Assembly (NCBI GenBank): GCA_964014485.1
Contig: CAXHAT010000008.1
Location: 11,892 to 75,891, forward strand
DNA from: an uncultured Deferribacteres bacterium
GTDB lineage: Bacteria > Zhuqueibacterota > Zhuqueibacteria > Zhuqueibacterales > Geothermadaptataceae
DNA length: 64,000 nt
Direction: 5' to 3'
The notes under the pieces are model-generated. The model was not told where the DNA came from and made no database searches. It worked only from the letters and a program-made list of their open reading frames with translations. The translations under genes and the position numbers were made by a program. Position 1 is the first letter of the stretch. Every line of letters begins with the position of its first letter. Shown here in pieces: positions 18,022 through 27,908 of the stretch.

Positions 18022-20283
18022 ATGAATTTTGGAAAAATCAGCTCTTTGAAAGGCGTTCTCGCCTTTTTGATTTTAATCCCATCCCTTGCGCTCGCCCAAC
18101 CTACCGGCACATTGCGCGGGAAGGTGGTCGACGCCAAGACGGATGAGACTTTGCCCGGCGCAAACATCGTCATCGACGGCACTTATCGCGGCACGGCTGC
18201 GAACGGCAAGGGCGAATTCAGAATCCCCGGGCTCGAGTCAGGCGGCTATGATCTGCGCGTCAGTTTCATCGGTTATGAAACTAAAATCGCGGAGATTTTT
18301 ATCTATCCGGATTCGTCCCACAATGTCAACATTGCGCTTGAGCCGGGCGCGTTGCAAATGGGCGAAGTTATGGTGACGGCTTCGCGGCAAGTAGAAGAAG
18401 TATCGCAAACCACGGTCAGCGCCAGCGTGCTTACGAGTGAAGCCGCGATGATCCGAAACTCCTTGCGGCTCGACCAGGCGCTGGAAAGCGTGCCCGGCGT
18501 TAATCTCATGGCCGAAAACGTCAACATTCGCAACAGCACCGGCTATACGCGCGGACTCGGCAGCCGCGTGCTCATTCTGCTCGACGGCGTGCCCGTACTC
18601 ATCAGCGATTTCGGCAATATGAATTGGGACATTCTGCCGGTGACGGACATTTCGCGCGTTGAAGTGCTCAAGGGCCCGGCCTCCGCAATCTACGGCTCGT
18701 TCGCTCTTGGCGGCGTGATGAATGTCATTACTCACAGGCCGACATACGACGGCAAATTTTCCATCCGAACTACTGCCGGGCTATACGACAAACCTTACTA
18801 CAAAGAATGGGAATGGACGGATCGCACGCTGAATTTTAACCGCACGGACGTCAGCTACTCGAAGCAAGTCGGCAAATTCGGTTTCCGCTTTGCCGCAGGA
18901 CGGCACTACTCGACGGGCGACCGGGTCAATCGCCATTTCACGCGTTGGAACGGCTCAGGCAAAATTATTTTCACGCCAAATCGAAAATCCGAGCTCACGA
19001 TGTGGGGTTCATACGCCCGCGATCGTCGGGGCGAGTTCGTCTGGTCGAGCTTCGACAATCCCTATCTCGTCGACCCTGAATTTGAGGACTTTTCGCTTTC
19101 GCTCGACGCTTATTCGTTTTACACGCTTTATCGTCACAAATTCAGCAACGTTTTCGAAGTCAACGCGCGCGTTTCCTATGTGCGGCAATTGACCGGCAAT
19201 CAATTCAAAGTCGAGGGTGATTTTCAACCGGCGCAAGGGCCGGGCGCGAATGTTTATTTTCAGATTAGGCCGCACCGCACACTCGACTGGACGACGGGCG
19301 TTGATTATAAATTTGACTACGCCGAGCAACGGCATTTTGGCAAACACACGGCGTACACGCTGTCGCCTTATTTCCAGCAAGTCTGGCAGCCGAACGAGCG
19401 TTTCAAACTGACCGTGGGCGCGCGCTACGATTATTACAATCTCCTGCCCGCCCCCGAAATTCAAGATCAGTTTTTCAAGGCCAAACCAATCATCAACCCG
19501 CTGCCGGACGGCCAAACCGAAGATCATTTTAGTCCGCAAATCGGTGCGAGCTACCGCTTTTTTGACAACACTGTTTTTCACATGGCCTTCGGCACGGGCA
19601 TACGCATCCCGTCCCTTGCCGAGCGTTTCATGAGCTTCACTATTCCCATCGAATTTCGCGGCAACTCGAATCTTGTCACTGAAAATTCACAATCCGTGGA
19701 GGCGGGAATACGTCAGGATATTGGCGGGGCGGTGCATTTTGAAGTTACGGCGTTTTCAAATACTTACGAAAATCTCATCGAGCCGGTTTACGTCGCGGAC
19801 ATCAGCAGCTTTTTTGCCACGCTGATCAACATTCAGCAAGCGCGCATCAACGGCGTTGAGTTTGGCGCGAAATTTAGCTTTTTTGATAATATTTTTGCGC
19901 TCAAAGGCTCGACCACTTTCACCGATCCGATCATCCAGTTGCGCGGCGATCACCCCGGCATTCAATTGCCGTTTGAAACCGGTGATTATTTGAGTTACCG
20001 TCCCAAACTCATCGCCTACGTTTCGCCGGAACTCAATCTCGGCCCGGTGCAATTGGCAGCGGACTTCAGCTACGCCTCCAAGCTCGACCGCGTGCAAGTA
20101 CAAGTTTTCAAAGACGATCCCCGCGTGGCGAAAAAGCAGCTCGATGTACGCGCTTCCTGGCGCATCAGCAATTTGATGATCCAAGCCATCGTGCGTAACG
20201 TCTTGCACTACAATTATACCCTGATCGAGCGCAATTACAACGAAGTCAGAAACGCCGCGCTTGCGTTAAGGTGGGATTATTAA
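18022..20283 (+). CDS. TonB-dependent outer-membrane receptor
   Basis: N-terminal carboxypeptidase-regulatory-like domain (GKVVDAKTDETLPGANI), plug (ILLDGVP, RVEVLKGPASAIYGS.ALGGVMNVIT), barrel ending in an aromatic residue. Confidence 0.92.
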   Translation: MNFGKISSLKGVLAFLILIPSLALAQPTGTLRGKVVDAKTDETLPGANIVIDGTYRGTAANGKGEFRIPGLESGGYDLRVSFIGYETKIAEIFIYPDSSHNVNIALEPGALQMGEVMVTASRQVEEVSQTTVSASVLTSEAAMIRNSLRLDQALESVPGVNLMAENVNIRNSTGYTRGLGSRVLILLDGVPVLISDFGNMNWDILPVTDISRVEVLKGPASAIYGSFALGGVMNVITHRPTYDGKFSIRTTAGLYDKPYYKEWEWTDRTLNFNRTDVSYSKQVGKFGFRFAAGRHYSTGDRVNRHFTRWNGSGKIIFTPNRKSELTMWGSYARDRRGEFVWSSFDNPYLVDPEFEDFSLSLDAYSFYTLYRHKFSNVFEVNARVSYVRQLTGNQFKVEGDFQPAQGPGANVYFQIRPHRTLDWTTGVDYKFDYAEQRHFGKHTAYTLSPYFQQVWQPNERFKLTVGARYDYYNLLPAPEIQDQFFKAKPIINPLPDGQTEDHFSPQIGASYRFFDNTVFHMAFGTGIRIPSLAERFMSFTIPIEFRGNSNLVTENSQSVEAGIRQDIGGAVHFEVTAFSNTYENLIEPVYVADISSFFATLINIQQARINGVEFGAKFSFFDNIFALKGSTTFTDPIIQLRGDHPGIQLPFETGDYLSYRPKLIAYVSPELNLGPVQLAADFSYASKLDRVQVQVFKDDPRVAKKQLDVRASWRISNLMIQAIVRNVLHYNYTLIERNYNEVRNAALALRWDY

Positions 20284-20294
20284 CGACTTGTCAA

Positions 20295-20329
20295 TGAAAG
20301 GAACTCGCAACTGTTAGTGAGTTCCTTTC
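20295..20329. terminator. Hairpin between convergent genes, probable terminator
   Basis: GAAAGGAACTCGC...GTGAGTTCCTTTC. Confidence 0.55.
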
Positions 20330-20405
20330 GAAGTTCTCCCCGAGAAATGGCCGCCGGTTTCGTCGTGGCTCTTCCCAAATTTACACCTACGAGCGTTTTT
20401 TCGGA

Positions 20406-21827
20406 TTATTTGAGAAAAACCATCGAGCGTACGGATGAGTAAGCGCCGACGGTAATTCTATAAAAGTACAACCCGCTTGTAAAACCTGCTGCGTTCCAGC
20501 GCGCCGTGTGACGCCCGGCTTCGAAACGGTCGTTGGCGATAACCGCGACTCTTTTGCCACGCAAATCATATAATTCTATGATGACGTTCGCAGCATCGGG
20601 CACATCGAACGGAATAAGAGTGCTCTGGTTGAAAGGGTTGGGGTAATTTTGATGGAGTCTAAACTCACTCGGCAAACTCTCGCGTTCGTCCTGCGAAACG
20701 GAAGTTGTAAGAAAAGTTTTAGCCGCCTTAAACAGGGCTGGGGCGATGATATAGACGCTGTCAAAATCGTCCTGGTTGACCAAAACGCTGACGCTGATCC
20801 CGGTTGCAGGCGAGTAGGCGATGATCGATCTGAGCCCGGGCAATGAGCCAGTGTGTCCCCAGAGTTCTTCTCCCTCAAAATTAAATCGCATGGTTCCCAG
20901 GCCGTAGCCCGTCCATAATGGATAGTAGGAAACCGGCGTGACTTCCCTTAATTCGGCAAGTGAGGCGGCGTTCAGAACTTTACCGCCGTGGAGTGCTTCG
21001 GCCCAGTTTGCCAGGTCGGTTGCCGTAGAAATGACGCCCCAGCTCGAATACGGGTTCGCGCCGATCTGTTCACTCAAATCATCGACTTTGCCGTCCCCGT
21101 CACGATCCAGCCAATAATGCACTATTTTGCCGGTAACTTCTTCAACAGCCGGGAAAAATGAATTTTCGAGTTCAAGCGGCTCGAAGAAACGATTCCGTAT
21201 TTGCTCCGAAAAGGTTGAGTCTGCGGCAGTGTCGCTGATCATCTCTAACAAAATGTAGTTGGTGTTTGAATACTCAAACCTTGCTCCGGGAGTAAAAACC
21301 GGAGACCTGACAAAATTTTCCAATATTTCTTCCTGCGACCATTTTCTGGCCGGATCGTTCCAGAGCGAGTCCCAAAAAGCCGAATTGTTGGTGTAATTGT
21401 AGACGCCGCTGGTATGAGAAAGCAATTGCCGTATCGTGATGTTGGAATTGACATAGGGGAGCTTCGCCAGCCACCGGTGCAATGAATCTTGCAGCGCAAG
21501 CCGTCCTTCTTCGGCGAGTTTTAGAATGAGGGCCGCTTTGAACGTTTTTGAAATGCTCGCAATCGTAAACCGCATGTCCGGTTTGAGAATTTCGAAAGGC
21601 GATGTGGTGGAAACGCCCGCGGCCCCGGCCCATAGACCTTGCCCCGGCAGAATCACGGCGGCCGATACGCCCATCACATCTTGTTTAAAGCGTTCCCGAT
21701 GAATGGTCGTTTGCAAAGTTTGGGCAAGTTGCGGGTCAAAATGTTCGCCGCTCTGTTTTGCAAGGCTAACCTCGATTAAGAGAAAAAGCTTCGCTGCCAA
21801 GAGAAATGAAAAAACGCCTGGTTTCAT
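20406..21827 (-). CDS. Secreted serine hydrolase (beta-lactamase / D-Ala-D-Ala carboxypeptidase family) with secretion C-terminal sorting domain
   Basis: Signal peptide, SxxK (SISK), LLSHTSG, YSNTNY, GHTG; C-terminal LHQNYPNPFN...SGLYFYRI. Confidence 0.88.
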   Translation of the reverse strand: MKPGVFSFLLAAKLFLLIEVSLAKQSGEHFDPQLAQTLQTTIHRERFKQDVMGVSAAVILPGQGLWAGAAGVSTTSPFEILKPDMRFTIASISKTFKAALILKLAEEGRLALQDSLHRWLAKLPYVNSNITIRQLLSHTSGVYNYTNNSAFWDSLWNDPARKWSQEEILENFVRSPVFTPGARFEYSNTNYILLEMISDTAADSTFSEQIRNRFFEPLELENSFFPAVEEVTGKIVHYWLDRDGDGKVDDLSEQIGANPYSSWGVISTATDLANWAEALHGGKVLNAASLAELREVTPVSYYPLWTGYGLGTMRFNFEGEELWGHTGSLPGLRSIIAYSPATGISVSVLVNQDDFDSVYIIAPALFKAAKTFLTTSVSQDERESLPSEFRLHQNYPNPFNQSTLIPFDVPDAANVIIELYDLRGKRVAVIANDRFEAGRHTARWNAAGFTSGLYFYRITVGAYSSVRSMVFLK

Positions 21828-21830
21828 GGT

Positions 21831-22391
21831 TTATACTTTATTTTGCACTGTGGCGTAAAACTGGCGGGCATAATCCGTTCGCGGATCATAGTCGATGCTG
21901 GTTGCGAACACGTCACGCACTTTCTGGTAGAAGTTCTTTTCAGACGTGCGAATTTTGCGAACGCGCTCGACGAGTTCATCAAAGTAATTGGTTTGCCGTC
22001 CTTCCAATCGCTCGTCGTCCACGACAAAACCTTTGACAATGTATTCACGCAGCGTCTTGGTCGCCCAAATGCGAAACTGCGTACCGCGATGCGATTTCAC
22101 ACGATAGCCGACGGAGATGATCACATCGAGATTGTAGAAGCTGGTGTTGTACCGCTTCCCATCGGCGGCAGTTGTCCGGAATTTCCGGATAACTGAATTT
22201 TCTTCGAGTTCCCCTTCCCTAAAAATGTTTTTAATGTGCTCGTTGATTGTGCGAACGTTCTTTTGAAACAGTTCAGCCATTTGCTTCTGCGTCAGCCAAA
22301 CGGTTTCGTCGTTGAGAACGACTTGAAGGCCGGTTTTGCCGTCTTCGGTTGTGTAGAGAATAAGCTTGCTTTCCGAGCGAGTTGCAGTCAT
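21831..22391 (-). pseudogene. RhuM-family (virulence RhuM-like) protein, apparently C-terminally truncated
   Basis: ETVWLTQKQMAELF, YNLDVIISVGYRVKSHRGTQFRIWAT, IRTSEK.FYQKV. It stops at ATVQNKV, where family members normally continue. Confidence 0.7.
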
Positions 22392-22543
22392 GGTTCGCGC
22401 CCCCCTTCATTTGTGTTGAGAATGAAAATTTGAATTGTGATAATGTCGCTGTCGGGCGGGTTTCCCGATTGTTTGACAAACAACATCGGAAAATTTCGAG
22501 GAGATTACAAATGAAAAAGCGATTCGTGCGTTGCCGTTTTCGC

Positions 22544-24049
22544 TTAGAAACCGAGCAAGTCTTTTATGAAGGCAAAGCGCGAGCTTTTGACCAGGAGGGC
22601 GAAGGCGACGAGCAGGCTCAACCCCAAAATGTACTCAAACGTGACGACCTTTAAGAAACTCCCGCCGCCGAATAATCCGCTGTAGCCAGCGTTTGACCAG
22701 TCTTTTTTCCACCGGATGCCGAGCAGGACGGAGAAGCTGAAATAGATGGAATGCCAAATTCTTTCCAAGCCGCTGATGTGCGCAGACAGCTTTGTAAAAT
22801 CCACCATGTTGGCCTTAAAAAACGGACGATTCTTTACGCTGAGCGAGACGGTTTTGCCTTTTGTTTCCTTCAGATCGTCTTTGATGTTTTCCGGCAGATC
22901 TGCATTGACGATGAGCGCGACGACGGCGTAGTATTTGAAGTGCCACAAGACGGCGAACAACAGCGCGATTGGCAGAACGATAAACAGAGCGAACCGCCAA
23001 GCTTGATACCCCCAGCCAAAGAACCAGCCGTAGAGAATCCAATGCCATTCCTTTAATATCGCCCTGCGCTGCCAGGCAAGTTCGTACATAACCGCATCGG
23101 CGGAAGCATTGTTTCTCTGGGCGAGAAAATTGTCTCGGAGTTTGTGATAGGTGATTTCTATTTTGCGGTAATGGTCCGTATTCTCAGAAGGCGGATTCCA
23201 AAAAGCGATTCGCAAAGAATCTTTTGCCTTAAATTGATCCCAATAGAACTGAAGCTTGCTCTCAGGATAAATGAAAGATTCATCCAGATAAATAAAGTTG
23301 ACGCTATCGAAATTAGTTTGTCTTAAATCCACTCCCTCCGCAAATGTTGCACTGACGAGATTAACCGTGCCGCTAAATCGGGCTTGAGAGAACTCTGCTG
23401 TGCTGTTGAATCGGGCTTCTCTCAAGTTAATCGTGCTGTTGAATTGGGTACCGCTAAAATCAACTGTACTATTGAATTCGGCTTTGTAAAAGTCAGCAAT
23501 ACCGTTGAATTGGGCTTCGGAGAAATGAGATATGCTGTCGAATAGGGCTTGGCGGAAGGATACCGTACTTTTAAATTGGGCACCGCTGAATCCAGCCGTA
23601 CTGTTGAATTGTGTTCCTTGAAAGTAAGTCGTACCGTCGAATTGCGCTTGGTAGAAGCCGGCCGTACCGTCGAATTTGGTCTGAGAGAAGTATGCTGTGC
23701 TATCGAATTGGGCACTATAGAAGTCGGCCATACTGCCGAATTTGGTTTCGAAGAAGTAGGCATCACTGTTGAATTCGGCGATGAAGAATTCAGCCGTGCT
23801 ACTAAATTGAGCTCCCATAAATTCAGCGATGTTGCTAAATTGAGCTCTGAAAAAATAAACTGTGCTGTCGAATTTAGAACGGCTAAAGCGCGCTTCGGAA
23901 AAATTCAACGGCATTCGCGTCATCCATGCTTCATGCCGAGTAGTGTCCGGTATGCCGCCATATGGCCATGTTGTCGGGTTTTCCTCTTGCCCGAGAGCGG
24001 TTGTGCAGGCGAGAAGCACGATGAACGAAGTTTTGCAAACTGAACTCAC
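22544..24049 (-). CDS. Pentapeptide-repeat membrane protein with 11-aa periodic repeats
   Basis: Signal peptide, about 17 repeats of the AQFNSTAxFxx type, then C-terminal hydrophobic helices. Confidence 0.8.
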   Translation of the reverse strand: MSSVCKTSFIVLLACTTALGQEENPTTWPYGGIPDTTRHEAWMTRMPLNFSEARFSRSKFDSTVYFFRAQFSNIAEFMGAQFSSTAEFFIAEFNSDAYFFETKFGSMADFYSAQFDSTAYFSQTKFDGTAGFYQAQFDGTTYFQGTQFNSTAGFSGAQFKSTVSFRQALFDSISHFSEAQFNGIADFYKAEFNSTVDFSGTQFNSTINLREARFNSTAEFSQARFSGTVNLVSATFAEGVDLRQTNFDSVNFIYLDESFIYPESKLQFYWDQFKAKDSLRIAFWNPPSENTDHYRKIEITYHKLRDNFLAQRNNASADAVMYELAWQRRAILKEWHWILYGWFFGWGYQAWRFALFIVLPIALLFAVLWHFKYYAVVALIVNADLPENIKDDLKETKGKTVSLSVKNRPFFKANMVDFTKLSAHISGLERIWHSIYFSFSVLLGIRWKKDWSNAGYSGLFGGGSFLKVVTFEYILGLSLLVAFALLVKSSRFAFIKDLLGF

Positions 24050-24391
24050 GTTGACCTTTTCAAATATTCTTCAAATCTGCTAAAACACGCATAAGCAGCA
24101 CTCGGAACAACAACCACCGATTTAGTACCAAAACGGGGCGTTTTTCCCGCAAGCCGGTTTACGAAGTAGCAAACGCCTTACCTGCTCGTTCCTATGTGTG
24201 TGTGTCTTCTGCAAAGGGCTTGGTAAAAAAAGCAGCGCTACAAACGAAGGAAGAGATCAAGATGATTTGCCGTAAGTGCCGGGATATTGGCGCAGTTTCA
24301 GATTATGGGGTAAGGAGACTCGTTTTTGCTCGGGGAAGGAAATCAGCAAATTAGCGGGGATTCAGTTTTAATCTCAAGAACACAACACCCG

Positions 24392-24458
24392 GTCATTCCT
24401 GCGCAGGCAGGAATCCAGAACGCGCGGAAGACTGGACTCCCGCCTTCGCGGGAGTGAC
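24392..24458. repeat. GTCATTCC...GTGAC palindromic repeat (dRS3/RPE-like)
   Basis: GTCATTCCTGCGCAGGCAGGAATCCAG...CTGGACTCCCGCCTTCGCGGGAGTGAC. Confidence 0.7.
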
Positions 24459-24532
24459 ATGGCTGAACGGAATTTGAAGAATCGTCCCGGAAAATCTGTG
24501 AATCCGTTTTCCGAGACGATTATTTCAAGCTT

Positions 24533-27500
24533 TTAACTGGCGGGTTCGCTGCCGCGTAGCATTGCCGGTTGGTCGATGGGGGCGAGTTCGCCGGTTGGCT
24601 GTTCTTTGCGCAGGTAGAGCGAGAACAGTTTCATGAAGTAGATGCGCAGGTCGTCGAAGATAGTGTAAAGGAACGGCACGGCGACGAGGGAGAGAATGGT
24701 CGAGGTGAGCAGGCCGCCGATGATGGTGCGTCCCATCGGCGCGTAGGGGATGCCGATCATTGCTGCGTTGCCGACGGCCATCGGGATGAGGCCGCCGATG
24801 GTGGTGAAGGCCGTCATCAAAATCGGGCGGAAACGCTGCTTGCCGCCTTCAATGATGGCGTCAAAGCGGCTGTAGCCTTCCTTGCGCAAACGATTGATCA
24901 AGTCGATCAAAACAATGCCGTTGTTGACCACAATTCCCACCAGAATCACCATGCCGAGACGACTCATGAAATCGATGGGCGTGCCGCTCAAGTACATCAG
25001 CCAGAACGCGCCGACAAAGGCGAACGGAATCGAAAACAGAATCGACAGCGGCAGAATCCACGATTCGAACAGGATGCCCATGATCAGGTAAACGAAAGTG
25101 ATCGAAAGAATCATGGCGAAGAAGATCGCATCGTTGCGCTCCTGCTGCATGTTAAAGCTGCGGCCCTTGCCCCAAGTGTAACCGTAAGGCATTTCAAAGC
25201 TGGCCATGGCAAGATCGACTTTTTCCTGCAAGGCGCTTTTGTTGTCCTCGGTGGAGTTGGCCTTGATCGACAGGAACGTTTTGCCGTTCTCGCGCCGAAT
25301 TTCGCCCACGCCCTTGGTGATGGTAAATGACGCGACGGCGTCCAGCGGGACTTCCTTCCCGGCGCTGGTGAAGAAAGTCATGTTTTTGAGCTGAGTCAAA
25401 TTCTTGCGGTCCGACTCGCGCAATTGAATTTGCACGTCGATTTCCTTGTCCTCGGCGTAGTACTTCGGCAGCGGGATGCCGCGCACGGCGTATTGCACGG
25501 TGCCGGAAATCATCTGCGGCGAGATGCCGTATTTTTTCGCCTGCTCACGCTTGATCGTCAGGTGGATTTCGTCTTTGCCCTTCTCGCGGTCGGTCTCGAT
25601 GCTGACAATCTCTTCAACCCTGCTCAAGCGGCGCTCAACTTCTTTGGAAAGATCGACCAGCGTACCGGTATCATCGCCGTAGAGCGTAATTTCGATGGAC
25701 GAATCGTCTCGGCCGCTGCGTCGCCAGCGGGTGCGAATATCAACGCCGGCGAATTTCGGCAGGCGTTCGTTCAAATCTTCGACAACTTCATCGCGCGGCA
25801 TAACGCCGTCCGGCAAAACGCCGAATTTCTTGAGAATATTATCGTACACGACTTCGAACCACTCTTTCTTCGGCGGCGGGGTGAGGAAGACGCGCATTTG
25901 TCCCCAGGTGGCGCTGTAGCGCGAGTTAATGGTGCGAATGCCGTACGCTTCTTTTTTGGCCCAGACCGTGTCTTCGACGGCTTGAAAGAGCTTTTCCGTA
26001 TCGTCGAGCGCATAGTTGTCCGGCAGTTCAAAAAACAGGCGGATGTCGTTGATGTTGCCTTCCGAATCGTCGGTGGATTTGGCGTTGCTGGCAGCGAACT
26101 GCATCGAAGCGATGACGCCGATGAGAATGAGAAAAGTCCACATGCGGTTGCCCATCGTCCATCGCAGCATCCCCTGGTAAAAATTGTTCGAGCGAACGAT
26201 GATCCTGGGCTCTTCCACCTTTCGCTTGCTGACGATTTTCGTGGCGGCCAGCGGAATGAAAATCATGGCGATAATGAGAGAAGCGACCAGTGAAACGATC
26301 ACTGGGAGGCCAAGCCGCAGCATGAAAAATTTGGCGTCGCTTTCGTCGTTCATCAAAATCATCGGCAGGAAAACAACGACGGTGGTCAGCGTCGCCATGG
26401 TGATCGCGAGGCCGACTTCGCTGGCGCCGAACAGCCCGGCTTTCTTATCGTTCAGCCCCTGCGCGCGACGGCGGTAGATGTTTTCCAAAACCACAATCGA
26501 GTTATCGACGACCATGCCGATGGAAATCATCAGGCCCATCATGGTGATCAGATTCAGGCTCCAGCCGGAGAAGTAGATTACGATCAACGTGATGAGCAAA
26601 GACAGCGGGATTGCGACGTTGACGATCAGCGTCATGCGGAAACGGCGCAGGAAAAAGAACAGGATGAGAAACGCGAAAACGCCGCCCCAGAGCGCTGCGT
26701 TTTGCAGGTTCGAAACCGACTCGACGATCCAGTCGCCCTGGTTGAACAGAATGTCCATTTTGAAATTGGCAAGGCGCGGATCCTGGCCGTATTCATTGAC
26801 GAAAAGATCGTTGACGCGCTGGCAAATTTCGACGGTGTTGGCTTCCGATTCTTTGAAAATGCCCACGCCGACCGCCGGGCTGCCGTCGATTTTGTTGCGC
26901 CAACGTCGCTCCGGCACGTCGTACTTGACCTCGGCGACGTCCTTCAAACGAATGTTTGCGCCTTTGATTGGCAGATTTTGGATTTGATCCAGCGTTTTGA
27001 ATTTGCCCTGGGAGCGCACGTAAATTTCCCGCCCGCCTTCCGTGACATTGCCGCTGGAAACGGCAAAATTGTCATCACGCAGATTTTGAATCACTTCAAA
27101 AAGATTGATTTTGTGCGCCTTGACCAGGTCCTGGTTGATGTGAATCAAGATCGATTTTTCATCCGCGCCCCAAACCTCGACTTTTGCAATGCCGTCGACG
27201 CGTTCGAGCGGTTTTTTGACGTACTGCTCGATCATCAGGTAAGCGTCTTCCATCGGCTCTTTTTCGGCAAAGGAAACCCAGAGAATCGGCTCGTCGTCGT
27301 TGCTCCATTTTTCGATGTAAATGCGCTCGAAATCGTCCGGCAGTTCGGTTTTGACGCGCTCCATGCGGTCGCGCACATTCGCGTAGGCGACCTTCATATC
27401 CGCGCCGTTGGCGAACTCGATAAACGCCCACATGCCGTTTCCGTGACTGGTGGTTTGCACGCGACGCACGCCGCTTACCGTGCGCAATTGCTCTTCAATC

Positions 27501-27712
27501 GGCTTGGTGATTTGCTCTTCAATTTCTTGCGGATTGGAATTTGAGTAAGGCGCCGAGACGAACAGGAAATTCGGCGTAAAACCGGAGGGCATGAGTTCGG
27601 TCGGCGTTTGTTTAAAAGCGATAAAGCCGACGACGAGCATCGCGCAGAGAATCATGATCACCGTTACGGGACGGTTGATCGCAAAGCGGGGGAGCAAGCT
27701 GGATTTTTCCAT
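24533..27712 (-). CDS. RND efflux permease (AcrB/AcrD/AcrF family), subunit 2
   Basis: FAINRPVTV, GMVVDNSIVVLENI, GIVVNNGIVLID, RFRPILMTAFTTI. Confidence 0.93.
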   Translation of the reverse strand: MEKSSLLPRFAINRPVTVIMILCAMLVVGFIAFKQTPTELMPSGFTPNFLFVSAPYSNSNPQEIEEQITKPIEEQLRTVSGVRRVQTTSHGNGMWAFIEFANGADMKVAYANVRDRMERVKTELPDDFERIYIEKWSNDDEPILWVSFAEKEPMEDAYLMIEQYVKKPLERVDGIAKVEVWGADEKSILIHINQDLVKAHKINLFEVIQNLRDDNFAVSSGNVTEGGREIYVRSQGKFKTLDQIQNLPIKGANIRLKDVAEVKYDVPERRWRNKIDGSPAVGVGIFKESEANTVEICQRVNDLFVNEYGQDPRLANFKMDILFNQGDWIVESVSNLQNAALWGGVFAFLILFFFLRRFRMTLIVNVAIPLSLLITLIVIYFSGWSLNLITMMGLMISIGMVVDNSIVVLENIYRRRAQGLNDKKAGLFGASEVGLAITMATLTTVVVFLPMILMNDESDAKFFMLRLGLPVIVSLVASLIIAMIFIPLAATKIVSKRKVEEPRIIVRSNNFYQGMLRWTMGNRMWTFLILIGVIASMQFAASNAKSTDDSEGNINDIRLFFELPDNYALDDTEKLFQAVEDTVWAKKEAYGIRTINSRYSATWGQMRVFLTPPPKKEWFEVVYDNILKKFGVLPDGVMPRDEVVEDLNERLPKFAGVDIRTRWRRSGRDDSSIEITLYGDDTGTLVDLSKEVERRLSRVEEIVSIETDREKGKDEIHLTIKREQAKKYGISPQMISGTVQYAVRGIPLPKYYAEDKEIDVQIQLRESDRKNLTQLKNMTFFTSAGKEVPLDAVASFTITKGVGEIRRENGKTFLSIKANSTEDNKSALQEKVDLAMASFEMPYGYTWGKGRSFNMQQERNDAIFFAMILSITFVYLIMGILFESWILPLSILFSIPFAFVGAFWLMYLSGTPIDFMSRLGMVILVGIVVNNGIVLIDLINRLRKEGYSRFDAIIEGGKQRFRPILMTAFTTIGGLIPMAVGNAAMIGIPYAPMGRTIIGGLLTSTILSLVAVPFLYTIFDDLRIYFMKLFSLYLRKEQPTGELAPIDQPAMLRGSEPAS

Positions 27713-27763
27713 GGGGTCACCTGGTCAAGGTTTCTGTAATACTCTCTTCTCTCAAACGGGAAT

Positions 27764-27906
27764 TGGAGTGATGGAATAGTGGAGTTTTGGATTGATGGAT
27801 TTTCAGGATGCGGAGCATCCAGTGGTTCCCCTCCCCGGAGGGGAATAATGCGCGCTTCGCGCGGGCTTCCATCAATCCACTAATCCAACATTCCAAAACT
27901 CCATTC
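27764..27906. repeat. TGGAnTnn-unit palindromic element, copy 2, between the RND genes
   Basis: TGGAGTGA TGGAATAG TGGAGTTT TGGATTGA TGGA ... TCCATCAA TCCACTAA TCCAACAT TCCAAAAC TCCA. Confidence 0.7.
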
Positions 27907-27908
27907 TT

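Noticed and set aside
20406..21827. True beta-lactam resistance gene
   Set aside because: SxxK/YxN/HTG motifs are shared by many esterases and peptidases; the secretion C-terminal domain and the context do not support a resistance call.
23330..23900. 33-bp periodic repeats as a CRISPR array or DGR template
   Set aside because: The repeats are degenerate, in frame and spacer-less within a pentapeptide-repeat CDS; there is no cas or reverse transcriptase gene in the window.
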